Shown here in pieces: positions 34,088 through 44,102 of a stretch of 64,000 bases of DNA (position 1 is the first letter of the stretch; every line of letters starts with the position of its first letter). Source of the DNA: Candidatus Dojkabacteria bacterium (GTDB lineage Bacteria; Patescibacteriota; Dojkabacteria; J137); assembly GCA_030834985.1 (NCBI GenBank), contig JAUQWV010000006.1, forward strand, positions 76,168-140,167. Reading direction: 5' to 3'. The translations under genes and the position numbers were made by a program. A model generated the notes under the pieces. That model worked only from the letters and a program-made list of their open reading frames with translations, searched no databases and was not told where the DNA came from.

Positions 34088-34369
34088 TTAGTCTTTTTTA
34101 ATTAATAATGCTCTTAAAACGTCAGGATTAAGTCTTAATTCTTTTCTAAATTCACTTGATTTAGCTGAGGATAGTTCTACATCGTAAAAGTAGTAGAAAC
34201 CTTCTTTAAATTTATTGATTGGATAGGCTAGCATTCTCTTGCCTAAGTTAGTGCTCAATTTAATATTTCCGCCTAAATCCTTTACATTTGATTCAACCTT
34301 AGGAAGAACCTTTTCTTTAATATCTTCTGTACTAAGTGGCTTTAACACTAATGCTAATTCGTACTTCAT
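34088..34369 (-). CDS. rpsF: 30S ribosomal protein S6
   Basis: MKYELALVLKP N-terminus. rpsF-ssb-rpsR order conserved. Confidence 0.85.
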   Translation of the reverse strand: MKYELALVLKPLSTEDIKEKVLPKVESNVKDLGGNIKLSTNLGKRMLAYPINKFKEGFYYFYDVELSSAKSSEFRKELRLNPDVLRALLIKKD

Positions 34370-34457
34370 ACTAAATTTTCTATATAAATTAATCTATGTA
34401 CCATTAAAAATAGTCTAGAGATTATACAACATGTGCTAAAGAGTTTAAATAGGCAGG

Positions 34458-35063
34458 CTAAAAATTTATTCTACTTTTCATAGAATCAATTATTGTCTGA
34501 CTTGATAAGTACTCTAAATCTCCTCCTACTGGAATACCTTTAGCTAGCCTGGTAACCGAGATGTCATCCCGAACACCATCTATCTGGTCTTTAAGATATA
34601 AACAGGTCGAATCTCCTTCCAAATTAGGATTAAGGCCAAGAATAACCTCTTTAACCATAGGGTCTTCTACTCTTTTTATAAGTGAGGTCATATTAATATC
34701 ATCTGGTCCAATACCATTAATGGGCGAAATTACTCCTCCTAGAACATGATACACACCTTTATATTCTTTGGCTGACTCAATATTAATAAGGTCTAAGGAA
34801 TCTTCTATAACTAATACAATAGACTTATCTCTTTTATCATCTGCACAAATTGAGCAAATATCTTCGTTAGTAACATTTCCGCATATGTTACATTTAGAAA
34901 TATTGTTTACTACTTCCTCTAAAGAAAAGCTTAGTTTTTTAGCTAAATCTTTTGCGCTTACAGCAAGATATAAAGCTATACGTGCAGAAAGCTTAGGCCC
35001 TACATTAGGAAGGCTGCTGAAAGCATCTGATAGCTCAATTATCTCCTTAGGTAAATTGGCCAT
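34458..35063 (-). CDS. recR: recombination protein RecR
   Basis: HhH N-terminus, C4 zinc finger CNICGNVTNEDICSIC, Toprim domain. Confidence 0.9.
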   Translation of the reverse strand: MANLPKEIIELSDAFSSLPNVGPKLSARIALYLAVSAKDLAKKLSFSLEEVVNNISKCNICGNVTNEDICSICADDKRDKSIVLVIEDSLDLINIESAKEYKGVYHVLGGVISPINGIGPDDINMTSLIKRVEDPMVKEVILGLNPNLEGDSTCLYLKDQIDGVRDDISVTRLAKGIPVGGDLEYLSSQTIIDSMKSRINF

Positions 35064-35066
35064 ATA

Positions 35067-35381
35067 TTAACCTAACATTCCTTTAAGATCATCCAAACTT
35101 GTATTAGCAGCCATCTCTTTTTGAAGTTGGTCTTTAGCATCATCTACTGCTTTTTTTGTGTCAAAAGCAACAGCTTCAACAAGTTTTCTTAGTGTATCTG
35201 CAGGAACTGAAGGAAACTTTTGACTTAAAGCTTCGTAGTCAGGTTCAATTTCTACAATTGAATAGACTCCATCTATAATTAATGCGATTGTACCGTGCTT
35301 TCCTACTGCTTTAATAGCTTTCATCTGATTCTGCATTTTCCTAGCTTTCATAGCTAACTTTGGTAAATCTAAAACTCCCAT
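35067..35381 (-). CDS. ybaB: nucleoid-associated protein YbaB/EbfC
   Basis: 104 aa. Located between dnaX and recR (conserved dnaX-ybaB-recR synteny). Confidence 0.85.
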   Translation of the reverse strand: MGVLDLPKLAMKARKMQNQMKAIKAVGKHGTIALIIDGVYSIVEIEPDYEALSQKFPSVPADTLRKLVEAVAFDTKKAVDDAKDQLQKEMAANTSLDDLKGMLG

Positions 35382-35399
35382 AATAATATTTATAAAAAC

Positions 35400-36893
35400 T
35401 TAAAATAATTCCTCTACTAAGCTGGAATTGTCTTGTGATCTATCTAATTTCTTTTTAGACTCTACTATTTTATCACTATTTGGTTTTTCAGGGCTTTCTT
35501 TTTTAGTAGCTGCAGGTACAACATCTGAGATTATTGAAAAAGAAAGCCCTAACTTTTTACCATATACACTTTCAGCTGCATTCATAAATATATCTCTAGC
35601 TTCTTTTTTAGACATATATGCAATATTAAACTTATAGGGATTCCCTATTTTTATTTCACTAGTTTCAATTTCAATCTTCGACGTATTAATTATCCCTTTT
35701 AACCTTGGCAATACCCCTTCTGATAATTCTATAAGTTTAGAAATAAAGGATGATATCTCTGCAGGTTTTAACTCTACTATTTTTGAAGGTTCCGCACTTG
35801 CAGATTTAGAGGTTTCTTTAGTACTAACTACTTGTGTGATTATCGTTTCTGTTGATGTGATTGTTTTAGCTTCTTTAGAGAAGTATTTCAAAAATTCTAA
35901 GTTTATTACAGTAAGTTTATCGTTAAAATCTCTAACATCGCTTTTTAAGCCTATAATTAAATTAGCTAAGTCTAATAATTTATTATTCAGTAAGCCTTTT
36001 TTTGAATCTTCTACAAGTCTTTCACTCATAACTTGTAATATCTGTTCTAAAAAGTTCACTACATTTCCGTCGTTATCGGAAATACTTTTTAAAGAAGCTG
36101 TAATTGCATTTAAATCCTCTTTTTGGAAGTACTCTATAAATTCTTCTACTAATTTAAGATCCGAAATGCCAAGAGCATTTAAAACATCCTCTGTTGTAAT
36201 TTCATTATCGGCGGAAGTTAAAATAATCTTTGTTAATAAACTTTCAGAATCTCTAAAACTTCCGCCTGAAGCCTTATATATTAGCTTTAATCCATCAGTA
36301 TCAATCTTATACCCCTCTGCTTTAGTAATTTTACTAAGCTTTTTTATAACTTCTTTTTCAGTGCCGAGCTTAAAATCAAATCGGGTAACCCTAGATAAGA
36401 TAGTAACAGGAAGTTTATGCGCTTCTGTAGTAGCCATAATAAATACTATATGTTCTGGCGGCTCCTCTAGTGTTTTTAAGAGGGCATTAAAAGCCTCTTT
36501 TGTGAGCATGTGAGCTTCATCAATTATGTATATCTTTTTAGCTAAGAAGTTAGGTACAAAATTAACGGTATCTCGTACTGCTCTGATTTCTTCAATTCCT
36601 CTATTTGAAGCCGCATCCATCTCAATTACGTCAACACTACTGTTGTTTATAGCTGTACAATATTCACATTCATTACAAATATCGCCTGTTTTTTGAAAAT
36701 TTTTACAGTTAACTGCTTTAGCCATAATCCTAGCAATTGTAGTTTTGCCGCACCCTCTTGGGCCACAAAATAGATATGCGTGTGATACCTTACCCTGTAA
36801 AATTGATTCTTTAAGAATAGGAACAACATGCTCCTGCCCTTCAACTTCTGAAAAATTTATTGGTCTATATTTTCGATACAAAACTTCAGCCAT
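35400..36893 (-). CDS. dnaX: DNA polymerase III subunit gamma/tau
   Basis: HAYLFCGPRGCGKTT Walker A, Zn module CKNFQKTGDICNECEYC, IYIIDEAHML, SRV/TRF sensor. Confidence 0.9.
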   Translation of the reverse strand: MAEVLYRKYRPINFSEVEGQEHVVPILKESILQGKVSHAYLFCGPRGCGKTTIARIMAKAVNCKNFQKTGDICNECEYCTAINNSSVDVIEMDAASNRGIEEIRAVRDTVNFVPNFLAKKIYIIDEAHMLTKEAFNALLKTLEEPPEHIVFIMATTEAHKLPVTILSRVTRFDFKLGTEKEVIKKLSKITKAEGYKIDTDGLKLIYKASGGSFRDSESLLTKIILTSADNEITTEDVLNALGISDLKLVEEFIEYFQKEDLNAITASLKSISDNDGNVVNFLEQILQVMSERLVEDSKKGLLNNKLLDLANLIIGLKSDVRDFNDKLTVINLEFLKYFSKEAKTITSTETIITQVVSTKETSKSASAEPSKIVELKPAEISSFISKLIELSEGVLPRLKGIINTSKIEIETSEIKIGNPYKFNIAYMSKKEARDIFMNAAESVYGKKLGLSFSIISDVVPAATKKESPEKPNSDKIVESKKKLDRSQDNSSLVEELF

Positions 36894-36925
36894 ATAAAAA
36901 CTTTAATTTATACTCTCAAGTATAC

Positions 36926-36960
36926 TACACAAAAAGAGGTCCCGGCCTTTCGGCCGGGAC
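36926..36960 (-). terminator. intrinsic terminator after rpsU
   Basis: GTCCCGGCC tttc GGCCGGGAC, followed on the minus transcript by CUCUUUUUGUG. Confidence 0.75.
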
Positions 36961-36985
36961 TAAAATTCTATTACAATATCACTTA

Positions 36986-37192
36986 TTATTGTGCTTTCTG
37001 TTTTCTTTTTGCTTGTCTTCGTCTTTTCTTTGTTTTTGCCCAAACTTTAGTTTTTTGATGTTTGGTATATGTTTTTGGCACATAGTATCTCTTCTCTTCA
37101 AGTTTTTCCATCACGCCTTCTCTAGTAGCTTCTCGCCATAAAAGTCTCAACGCTAAGTCCAAAGACATCTCATCATGTACAACAACTGACAT
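36986..37192 (-). CDS. rpsU: 30S ribosomal protein S21
   Basis: SLDLALRLLWREATREGVMEKLEEKRYYVPKTYTKHQ aligns with the E. coli S21 core. Basic tail. Confidence 0.7.
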   Translation of the reverse strand: MSVVVHDEMSLDLALRLLWREATREGVMEKLEEKRYYVPKTYTKHQKTKVWAKTKKRRRQAKRKQKAQ

Positions 37193-37269
37193 TTACATTA
37201 CCTCCTTATAAAAATACAAAATTAATAAGCAATGGGATTTTATCAAAAATAGCTAAATTTGAAAACTAT

Positions 37270-38439
37270 TTATCTGCCAAGTACACTTCTAAAGAAATCT
37301 CCTATTGAAGTAATCCAATTTAATTGAATAATATCTTTTAGAGTAACTAGAAGTCCTAGCCCCATTAATAACGCAAAACCAATAAAATTCACCCTATTTA
37401 AAAAGCTATCACTAAACTTTTTACGTCTAATCCGTTCAATAACCGCAAATAAAAGTTGGCCGCCATCAAGTGCAGGGAAAGGTAAAACGTTAAACATAGC
37501 TAAGTTTACGCTAAATAACGCAGTTAAAGGAACTAAAACTTCAAATGCTTTAAATTCAACTAGCTGGCCAACTTGGTTACCTATTGCAGGTAAGCCCCCA
37601 ACGCTATTAGATACCTCTTGATAATCACCGGTACTTAAAGCATCACCAATAAGCCCTCCTAATGCCTTAAATTGATAAATAAAAGCATCATAAGTCATTG
37701 ATACTCCACTTAATAATGTCTCATTATATTTTATAAAATATGTAGTTCTACCACTTTGTGAATCATAAGGAACTAAACCCACCTTTAATATTGAACCATC
37801 TTCATTTTCAGTACTAATTGGAATGTTTCTTTTAGATATCTCAAAGTTATCAAAATTTATAAACATAAATTCTGCTGTAGTATTTTGATTATCTTTAAGA
37901 AATTGTAAGAATTCATCCATGCTATCAAATACAAAGTTATTTACACCAACAATAGCTTCACCTTCTTCAAATTTTCCTACCGAAGGTCCTTCAGGATCAA
38001 CAAAACTTACTATCAAAGGGAAATATGCCTGTTCTGACTGCGTATTAGTAAATTGGTATTCTACAATTTTTGGGATTGCAAACCTATAACCGTTATTATT
38101 TAAATAAATACCTAGCAGGAAAACTGATAACAGAAGATTCATAAACACTCCGGCCAGCAAAACAAGTGCTTTTACACGTAGTTTTTGATTTCTAAAGCCT
38201 CTTGGTGAATTTGAATCTTCCTCTCCTTCTAACTGAACATATCCTCCTATAGGTAACAAATTCAATTTATAATGAGTACCTTTATATTGCTTCTTAAATA
38301 TCTTTGGCCCAAAGCCAATTGCAAATTCTTTTACATCAACTTTAGCTAACTTAGCCGTAATAAAATGACCAAACTCATGAGCAAATACAAGAATTCCTAT
38401 AATGATTAATAAGATTATTAAAGTTAGAAGGAAAGTCAT
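37270..38439 (-). CDS. rseP: RIP site-2 metalloprotease (M50) RseP-like
   Basis: HEFGHF HExxH in TM1, PDZ domain, LDGG motif (NVLPFPALDGGQLLF). Confidence 0.85.
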   Translation of the reverse strand: MTFLLTLIILLIIIGILVFAHEFGHFITAKLAKVDVKEFAIGFGPKIFKKQYKGTHYKLNLLPIGGYVQLEGEEDSNSPRGFRNQKLRVKALVLLAGVFMNLLLSVFLLGIYLNNNGYRFAIPKIVEYQFTNTQSEQAYFPLIVSFVDPEGPSVGKFEEGEAIVGVNNFVFDSMDEFLQFLKDNQNTTAEFMFINFDNFEISKRNIPISTENEDGSILKVGLVPYDSQSGRTTYFIKYNETLLSGVSMTYDAFIYQFKALGGLIGDALSTGDYQEVSNSVGGLPAIGNQVGQLVEFKAFEVLVPLTALFSVNLAMFNVLPFPALDGGQLLFAVIERIRRKKFSDSFLNRVNFIGFALLMGLGLLVTLKDIIQLNWITSIGDFFRSVLGR

Positions 38440-38444
38440 AGAGT

Positions 38445-38993
38445 TTATATAGTCATTAGTTCTTGTTTTTTATCTTTTGCAATTTGCTCAAATTGCTCTT
38501 CATATTCTTTTAAGATCTCTTGTATTTTCTCGTAGCTTCTTTCTTGGTCGTCCTCTGAAACTTTATCTAGTGCTTTAACTTCAGCATTGTAGTTTCTTCG
38601 AACTTCTCTTGCTCTAGTTAGATATTCATTTAAAAGTCTTGGAATAATTTTATCGGCTTTATCTTTTCGGTCTTCTTCTGTTAATGGAGTAAAATTTACT
38701 CGAACAATGTTACCTTCTTGTGATATTCTTGCACCCAATTCTGTCTTTTCTAAAGCCTCTACTACACTTTCTATATTATTTTTATCCCATATTTCAAGCT
38801 TAACAGACATGGGACCATCAGCAATAACTTTCGCTACTGCCGTTAGTCCCATTAATGTTCCATACGATACTACTTGAATTTTTTGAAAGATTCCTATGTT
38901 TGCCTTTCCGGTTCTAATTTTAGAAAGCTCTTCGCTAAATTTTCCTAAAATTTCTTCTAGCTCTAATCTATACGAGTCTTCATCAAATAACAT
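38445..38993 (-). CDS. frr: ribosome recycling factor
   Basis: 182 aa. In the tsf-frr-rseP order. Confidence 0.85.
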   Translation of the reverse strand: MLFDEDSYRLELEEILGKFSEELSKIRTGKANIGIFQKIQVVSYGTLMGLTAVAKVIADGPMSVKLEIWDKNNIESVVEALEKTELGARISQEGNIVRVNFTPLTEEDRKDKADKIIPRLLNEYLTRAREVRRNYNAEVKALDKVSEDDQERSYEKIQEILKEYEEQFEQIAKDKKQELMTI

Positions 38994-39010
38994 AGGTATT
39001 GTGTTAAGAA

Positions 39011-39640
39011 TTATTCTGCAGATTCTTCATCTGTAGCAGCTACATTATACACCACTGATTCACCAACTTGGAATTTATAAAATTGAGTAATTTCAATTTT
39101 TTCTCCAATTTTAGCTACCATTTCATTAAGATAATCCTCTACAGTTTTTGATTCATCTGTGAATAACTGTTGTTTTAACAATACAACTTCTTTATAAAAT
39201 TTCTCTAATTTACCATCAATAATTGTTTTTCTTATATCTGCTGGTTTGCTGTCTAAGCCTTCCTCTGCAGCTTTAAGTTCAGTGGCTAATGTATCTTTAT
39301 CAATTGACTCAACTGAGATATATTTTGGCCCAACAGCTGTAATATGAATAGCTAAGTCGTTAGCAAATTGAATCATAGATTCACTCTTTGCAGCAAAGTC
39401 AGTCTCACAAGCAACTTCTACTACCACTACAATTTTCTTATTGGAGTGAATATAAGTACCTAAAATACCATGCTCTGCAACTTTACCTTTTCTTTTGCTA
39501 GCTTTAGCTAATCCTTTTTCTCTTAGATATTTAATTGCTTCATTAGTATCTCCGTTAGAAGCTTCTAATGCTTCTCTAACGGCGTTTACACCTGCACCTG
39601 TTGAATTCCTTAGTTCTTTTATTTGTTCAATTGTTATCAT
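39011..39640 (-). CDS. tsf: elongation factor Ts (short form)
   Basis: ITIEQIKELRNSTGAGVNAVREALEASNGDTNEAIKYLREKG UBA-like N-terminus. Confidence 0.9.
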   Translation of the reverse strand: MITIEQIKELRNSTGAGVNAVREALEASNGDTNEAIKYLREKGLAKASKRKGKVAEHGILGTYIHSNKKIVVVVEVACETDFAAKSESMIQFANDLAIHITAVGPKYISVESIDKDTLATELKAAEEGLDSKPADIRKTIIDGKLEKFYKEVVLLKQQLFTDESKTVEDYLNEMVAKIGEKIEITQFYKFQVGESVVYNVAATDEESAE

Positions 39641-39666
39641 AATTTTATTTTAAAAAATAAATTTTA

Positions 39667-40746
39667 TTATTTTTTCTTGGCTTTAGTAGTACTTGCTGTT
39701 TTTTTAGTTACCTTTTTAGCTACTTTTTTAGTTTTAGTTGTACTATCTTTTTTTGTACTTTTTTCTGTACTGCTTGATTTTGGTTTAACTTCAGTCTTTT
39801 TAGCTTTAGCTGCCTTTTCTTTAGCGATCTCAAGCATTCCTTTTACTTTAGTTTTTCTTCCTGTTCTTTTTGGCTTTTCTTCTTTTACCATAGGTGATGA
39901 AGTATTACTTTGACCTTCAACACCTTTTACTTCTTCAAACTCTTTAGCTTCATCTTCTTCCTTTTTAGTGATTTTAATCTCTACTTTACTATAATCAACA
40001 AGATTGTGTTTAATTCCATTTCCTTTATTTCCAGCAAGAACGGCATCTGCTAAAGTCTTTAAGATTAATCTAATTGAACCGATTGCATCATCATTTCCAG
40101 GTATTATATAATCTGCTGTATCTGGATCACAATTAGTATCAATTAAAGCTACCACAGGTACTCCGATTTTTCTAGCTTCTCTAACTGCTGCTTTTTCGTA
40201 TCTAGTGTCTACAATTACTACTGCAGTTGGTTTAGAATTTAAGCTTTTAATTCCTTCATAAAGACGATTTAATCTTTCCCATTCCTTTTTCATTACAGAA
40301 ACTTCATACTTTGTTCTTCCTTGAATTCCTTCTTCAAAAGATTTCTCTAGACTGTCTAATTTAGCTAAACTTTTTTTAACTACATTAAAGTTAGTTAATA
40401 AGCCTCCTGCCCATCTGCTTGAAATAAAGTAAGCTCCAGCTCTAATAGCTTCTTCTTTAACAATATCAGAAGCTTGTCTTTTAGTACCTACAAAGATTAC
40501 ATTTCCTTTAGAAGCTGCATCAGCTAAAAAATTGACTGCATCAGTAAGCTTTTGCTCTGTCTGATGAATATCAATAATATGAATGCTGTTTTTTGAAGTG
40601 TAGATGTATTTAGACATCTTAGGATTCCATCTTTGAGACTCGTGTCCAAATTGAACCCCTACTTCTAATAATTCTTTTACTGTAGGAACAGCAACTTGAG
40701 CAGTAGATTTAAGCTCTCCACTAGGAGCAGTTTGTGTATCTTCCAT
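39667..40746 (-). CDS. rpsB: 30S ribosomal protein S2 with ~110-aa Lys/Thr-rich C-terminal extension
   Basis: LLEVGVQFGHESQRWNPKM S2 signature. Conserved rpsB-tsf pair. Confidence 0.9.
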   Translation of the reverse strand: MEDTQTAPSGELKSTAQVAVPTVKELLEVGVQFGHESQRWNPKMSKYIYTSKNSIHIIDIHQTEQKLTDAVNFLADAASKGNVIFVGTKRQASDIVKEEAIRAGAYFISSRWAGGLLTNFNVVKKSLAKLDSLEKSFEEGIQGRTKYEVSVMKKEWERLNRLYEGIKSLNSKPTAVVIVDTRYEKAAVREARKIGVPVVALIDTNCDPDTADYIIPGNDDAIGSIRLILKTLADAVLAGNKGNGIKHNLVDYSKVEIKITKKEEDEAKEFEEVKGVEGQSNTSSPMVKEEKPKRTGRKTKVKGMLEIAKEKAAKAKKTEVKPKSSSTEKSTKKDSTTKTKKVAKKVTKKTASTTKAKKK

Positions 40747-40843
40747 TTTATATTCCTTTAAAAATTAAACTTCCGCAGATTCAGGTTACCCCAAGGAAAA
40801 TAATCTGCGTGTTGGATTAATAAACGTAAGTATTATAACACAA

Positions 40844-43030
40844 TTACTCTGCTTCAGAAGCTTTTTGTTTCTTTGCTTTTACTTGCTTGATGAATTTACA
40901 ATTTGGATAGTCTGAACATCCGATAAAAGTCTTGCCCCACTTTCCCTTTCTTTCGACAAGATTGTGTCCAGATAATGGGCATTTATCTTTTAATAATAAT
41001 GGCTTTGAATCTTTGACCTTTGGATAATCAGGATGAGCCCAGAATTTACCGTATTTACTGCTTTTAAGAACATAATCTCTACTGTCATCTGTTTTAGGAG
41101 CAGCTAAGTACTTTTCAGTATCTAAAGTGAGTACTTCCTCTTTTTCAGAATCTAAAGGCAGCATGCCATCGCAATCAGGGTATTTTGTACAACTTAAAAA
41201 CTTACCATATCTGCTTAACTTAATGATCATAGCACTACCGCATTTAGGACATTTTTCATCTGATTTACCAAGCTGAGTAAATTCGCTTCTATCAATTTTC
41301 TTATCTTGCAGAGTAATTTCTTTTTCAAATGGGAAATAAAAATCTTTCAACATTTTTACCCAATCTAATTTACCCTCTGCAATCTTGTCTAAGTTGTCTT
41401 CCATTTCTGCTGTAAAGCCATAGTCAACTATGTTAGCAAAATATTTAGTTAACAATTTATTAACAACAATACCCATGTCTGTAGGCTTTAAATACCTACC
41501 TTCTGGCTCCACATATTTCCTAGCTAAGATAGTTGATATTATGGAAGCATAAGTAGATGGTCTTCCTATACCAAGCTCTTCCAATTTCTTAATTAAAGTA
41601 GCTTCTGAATATCTAGCTGGTGGTTCTGTAAAGTGTTGTACTGCTCTTAATGCCTGTAAATATAACTCAGTACCCTCCTTTAATTCAGGCAATATTGTAT
41701 CCTCAGATTTTTCTTTCGAAACTCGCAAGTATCCATCAAATAGAACTACCTTTCCATTTGCAGTAAATAGATATTCTTCAAGCTCAATATAGATAGTTGT
41801 GTTCATTAATCTAGCTGGAACCATTTGCGAGCTTAAAGCTCTAGCACGGATAATGTCATACACCCTTTTTTGGTCTCCATCTAGTTTTAAATTTATACTT
41901 GTTTTTGAAAAATCAGTAGGCCTTATACATTCATGTGCCTCTTGCGCAGACTTATTACTAGATCTGTAATAGTTAGGTTTTTCGGGGATATATTTATTGC
42001 CGTATTCCTTTTGTATAAAGGCTCTAGCTTGATTGATAGCTAAGTTAGACATTGCAACAGAATCGGTTCTCATATAGGTTATCAGACCTGCCTCATATAG
42101 TTTTTGAGCAGCCGACATTGTTCTTTTTGCACTAAAGCCAAGAGAATTCACACCAGATTGCTGTAAAGTACTGGTAATAAAAGGTGGCTTTGGGTTTCTT
42201 TTACTTTCAGTTTTCTCTATTTTAGATATTATCCAATTTGCATCTTTTACTTCATCTACAATCTTTTCAGAGTCCTTTCTAGTAGAGATCTTCGGATTCT
42301 TTCCGTTTACTTTAAATAAGTTAAATTTAATAGCATTTGGTACTTCCTTAACTTTCTTTTCAACTATCTCTTCTTTTTTAGCCTCTAAAAATTCAATGTT
42401 TACTTTTTTGTTATCTTTTTTTTCAAGCAATTCGCTTTCTATAGACCAGTATTCCTCACTTTTGAATTTATTTCTTTCCTCCTCTTTTTCAACAACTAGC
42501 CTCAATGCTACTGATTGCACTCTTCCAGCAGATAATCCAAAGGAAATTTTCTTCCATAACAACGGTGAGAGTTTATATCCCACAAGTCGATCTAGTAACC
42601 GTCTACCTTGCTGGGCATTAACTAGATTTATATCTATTCCTCTAGGATTTTGCATCGCTTCTTCAATGGCATCCTTTGTAATTTCGTGAAATACAATCCT
42701 TTCTATCTTCTTCTTTCCACTTGGCTTGCCTTTTTCATCTATTAATTTAAGCTCTTTTGCAATATGCCACCCAATAGCCTCTCCCTCTCGATCCAAGTCA
42801 ACAGCCAGTATAAGTCTTGTTGCATCTTTAAGGCTTTTTTTAATTTCGCTTAAGGATTTAGGATTAGTAATTACATATTGAGGTTTGAAGTTATCTTCTA
42901 CATCTATACTTAAGCCGGATTTAGGTAGATCAACAACGTGACCTTTAGATGCTTTAACAGTATAGCCTTTACCTAGGTACTTACCTATTGTCTTTGCTTT
43001 TGATGGTGATTCTACTATTACTAAATCCAT
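40844..43030 (-). CDS. topA: DNA topoisomerase I with C-terminal zinc-ribbon repeats
   Basis: Toprim N-terminus MDLVIVESPSKAKTI. Catalytic Tyr region. C-terminal CPKCG/CxxC ribbons. Confidence 0.9.
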   Translation of the reverse strand: MDLVIVESPSKAKTIGKYLGKGYTVKASKGHVVDLPKSGLSIDVEDNFKPQYVITNPKSLSEIKKSLKDATRLILAVDLDREGEAIGWHIAKELKLIDEKGKPSGKKKIERIVFHEITKDAIEEAMQNPRGIDINLVNAQQGRRLLDRLVGYKLSPLLWKKISFGLSAGRVQSVALRLVVEKEEERNKFKSEEYWSIESELLEKKDNKKVNIEFLEAKKEEIVEKKVKEVPNAIKFNLFKVNGKNPKISTRKDSEKIVDEVKDANWIISKIEKTESKRNPKPPFITSTLQQSGVNSLGFSAKRTMSAAQKLYEAGLITYMRTDSVAMSNLAINQARAFIQKEYGNKYIPEKPNYYRSSNKSAQEAHECIRPTDFSKTSINLKLDGDQKRVYDIIRARALSSQMVPARLMNTTIYIELEEYLFTANGKVVLFDGYLRVSKEKSEDTILPELKEGTELYLQALRAVQHFTEPPARYSEATLIKKLEELGIGRPSTYASIISTILARKYVEPEGRYLKPTDMGIVVNKLLTKYFANIVDYGFTAEMEDNLDKIAEGKLDWVKMLKDFYFPFEKEITLQDKKIDRSEFTQLGKSDEKCPKCGSAMIIKLSRYGKFLSCTKYPDCDGMLPLDSEKEEVLTLDTEKYLAAPKTDDSRDYVLKSSKYGKFWAHPDYPKVKDSKPLLLKDKCPLSGHNLVERKGKWGKTFIGCSDYPNCKFIKQVKAKKQKASEAE

Positions 43031-43036
43031 TTCTAG

Positions 43037-44068
43037 CTAATTTATATAAAAGTTATTTTGGTTATCAGTATTTAAAATACCATTTAAAATAAGTTTAGTG
43101 CAAATTTCTGATAAATATTTTATTTCTAAATTCAAAATCTCACTTAATCTTTCTAAATCTTTTTGCCCGTGTAGTATAGCATAATATACCTTTTGCTCAT
43201 CTTTAGATAACTTGGCTATGTCTGCATTCTTATTGTATTCAAAGAAGCTATCTGCAAGCGTAGCAATATTATTCTTAATTAAATAATTACAACCTTTAGA
43301 ATTTTCTGTGTTCACATTACCAGGATAAGCAAGTACTTCTCTATCGTAGTCAAATGCTAGCTTTGCAGTAATAAGCGCACCACTTTTTATGCCAGCTTCA
43401 ATTACTATAGTTGATTCAGAAAGACCCGCAATAATTCTATTTCTTTTTGGAAAACTACCCGCAACGACTTTAGTTCCTGGAAAAGCATCAGAAAATATCA
43501 AGCCATTACTGTCCAGTATCTTACTATATAAAAAATAGTTTTCTTTAGGAACTGGACTATCTACTGAACAAGGTAATACAGCTATTGTCTGTCCATTATG
43601 TTGTAGAGTTAGATTATGGGCATATGCATCTACTCCATAAGCTAATCCACTTACAATCGGGATATTCTGAGCTACCAGATTAGGTAGTAACTTATCAAGT
43701 AAATACTTTCCATAAGGGGAAATTTTCCGTGTGCCAACTATTGAGATAAGCTTTAGCGATTGAGCAATTTGAATGTTACCCGCATAAAAAAGAACAATAG
43801 GTGCATCAGGAATCTCTTTTAACAAGGGAGGATACGAATCTTCCCATAAGCAAGTAAATTTAATGTTACTTTTAAGTAGACGTTTAATGGCAATATTCAC
43901 ATCTAAGCTAGCTAAGTTTGCTATTAATTGCGGGTCTAAATTTCTATGAATATAGTTATTATACAGTGCTTCTATTGAACCAAACTCCTCGACTAAACCT
44001 AAGTAGGTTTTTATACCTATACCTTTAGTAAGAGATAATAATAAAGTAAAGTTTCTTAATTCTTCCAT
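43037..44068 (-). CDS. dprA: DNA processing protein DprA (Smf)
   Basis: ISIVGTRKISPYGKYLL...VSGLAYGVDAYAH Rossmann-like DprA core. Confidence 0.8.
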   Translation of the reverse strand: MEELRNFTLLLSLTKGIGIKTYLGLVEEFGSIEALYNNYIHRNLDPQLIANLASLDVNIAIKRLLKSNIKFTCLWEDSYPPLLKEIPDAPIVLFYAGNIQIAQSLKLISIVGTRKISPYGKYLLDKLLPNLVAQNIPIVSGLAYGVDAYAHNLTLQHNGQTIAVLPCSVDSPVPKENYFLYSKILDSNGLIFSDAFPGTKVVAGSFPKRNRIIAGLSESTIVIEAGIKSGALITAKLAFDYDREVLAYPGNVNTENSKGCNYLIKNNIATLADSFFEYNKNADIAKLSKDEQKVYYAILHGQKDLERLSEILNLEIKYLSEICTKLILNGILNTDNQNNFYIN

Positions 44069-44102
44069 AAAAAGAAGTTACCAAGAAAAATTTACAATTT
44101 TC

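Noticed and set aside
34088-34369. Ribosomal protein S6 as the RimK-type ligase substrate
   Set aside because: S6 here ends in …LIKKD, not the Glu-Glu terminus that E. coli RimK extends. No support from sequence, so left as unknown target.
35836-36513. 225-aa plus-strand ORF
   Set aside because: Lies entirely antisense within dnaX. Ser/Leu-rich composition typical of the antisense frame of a Lys/Glu-rich gene.
39623-39913. 96-aa plus-strand ORF
   Set aside because: Antisense to the Lys-rich tail of rpsB and to the tsf start. Low-complexity Phe/Leu protein.
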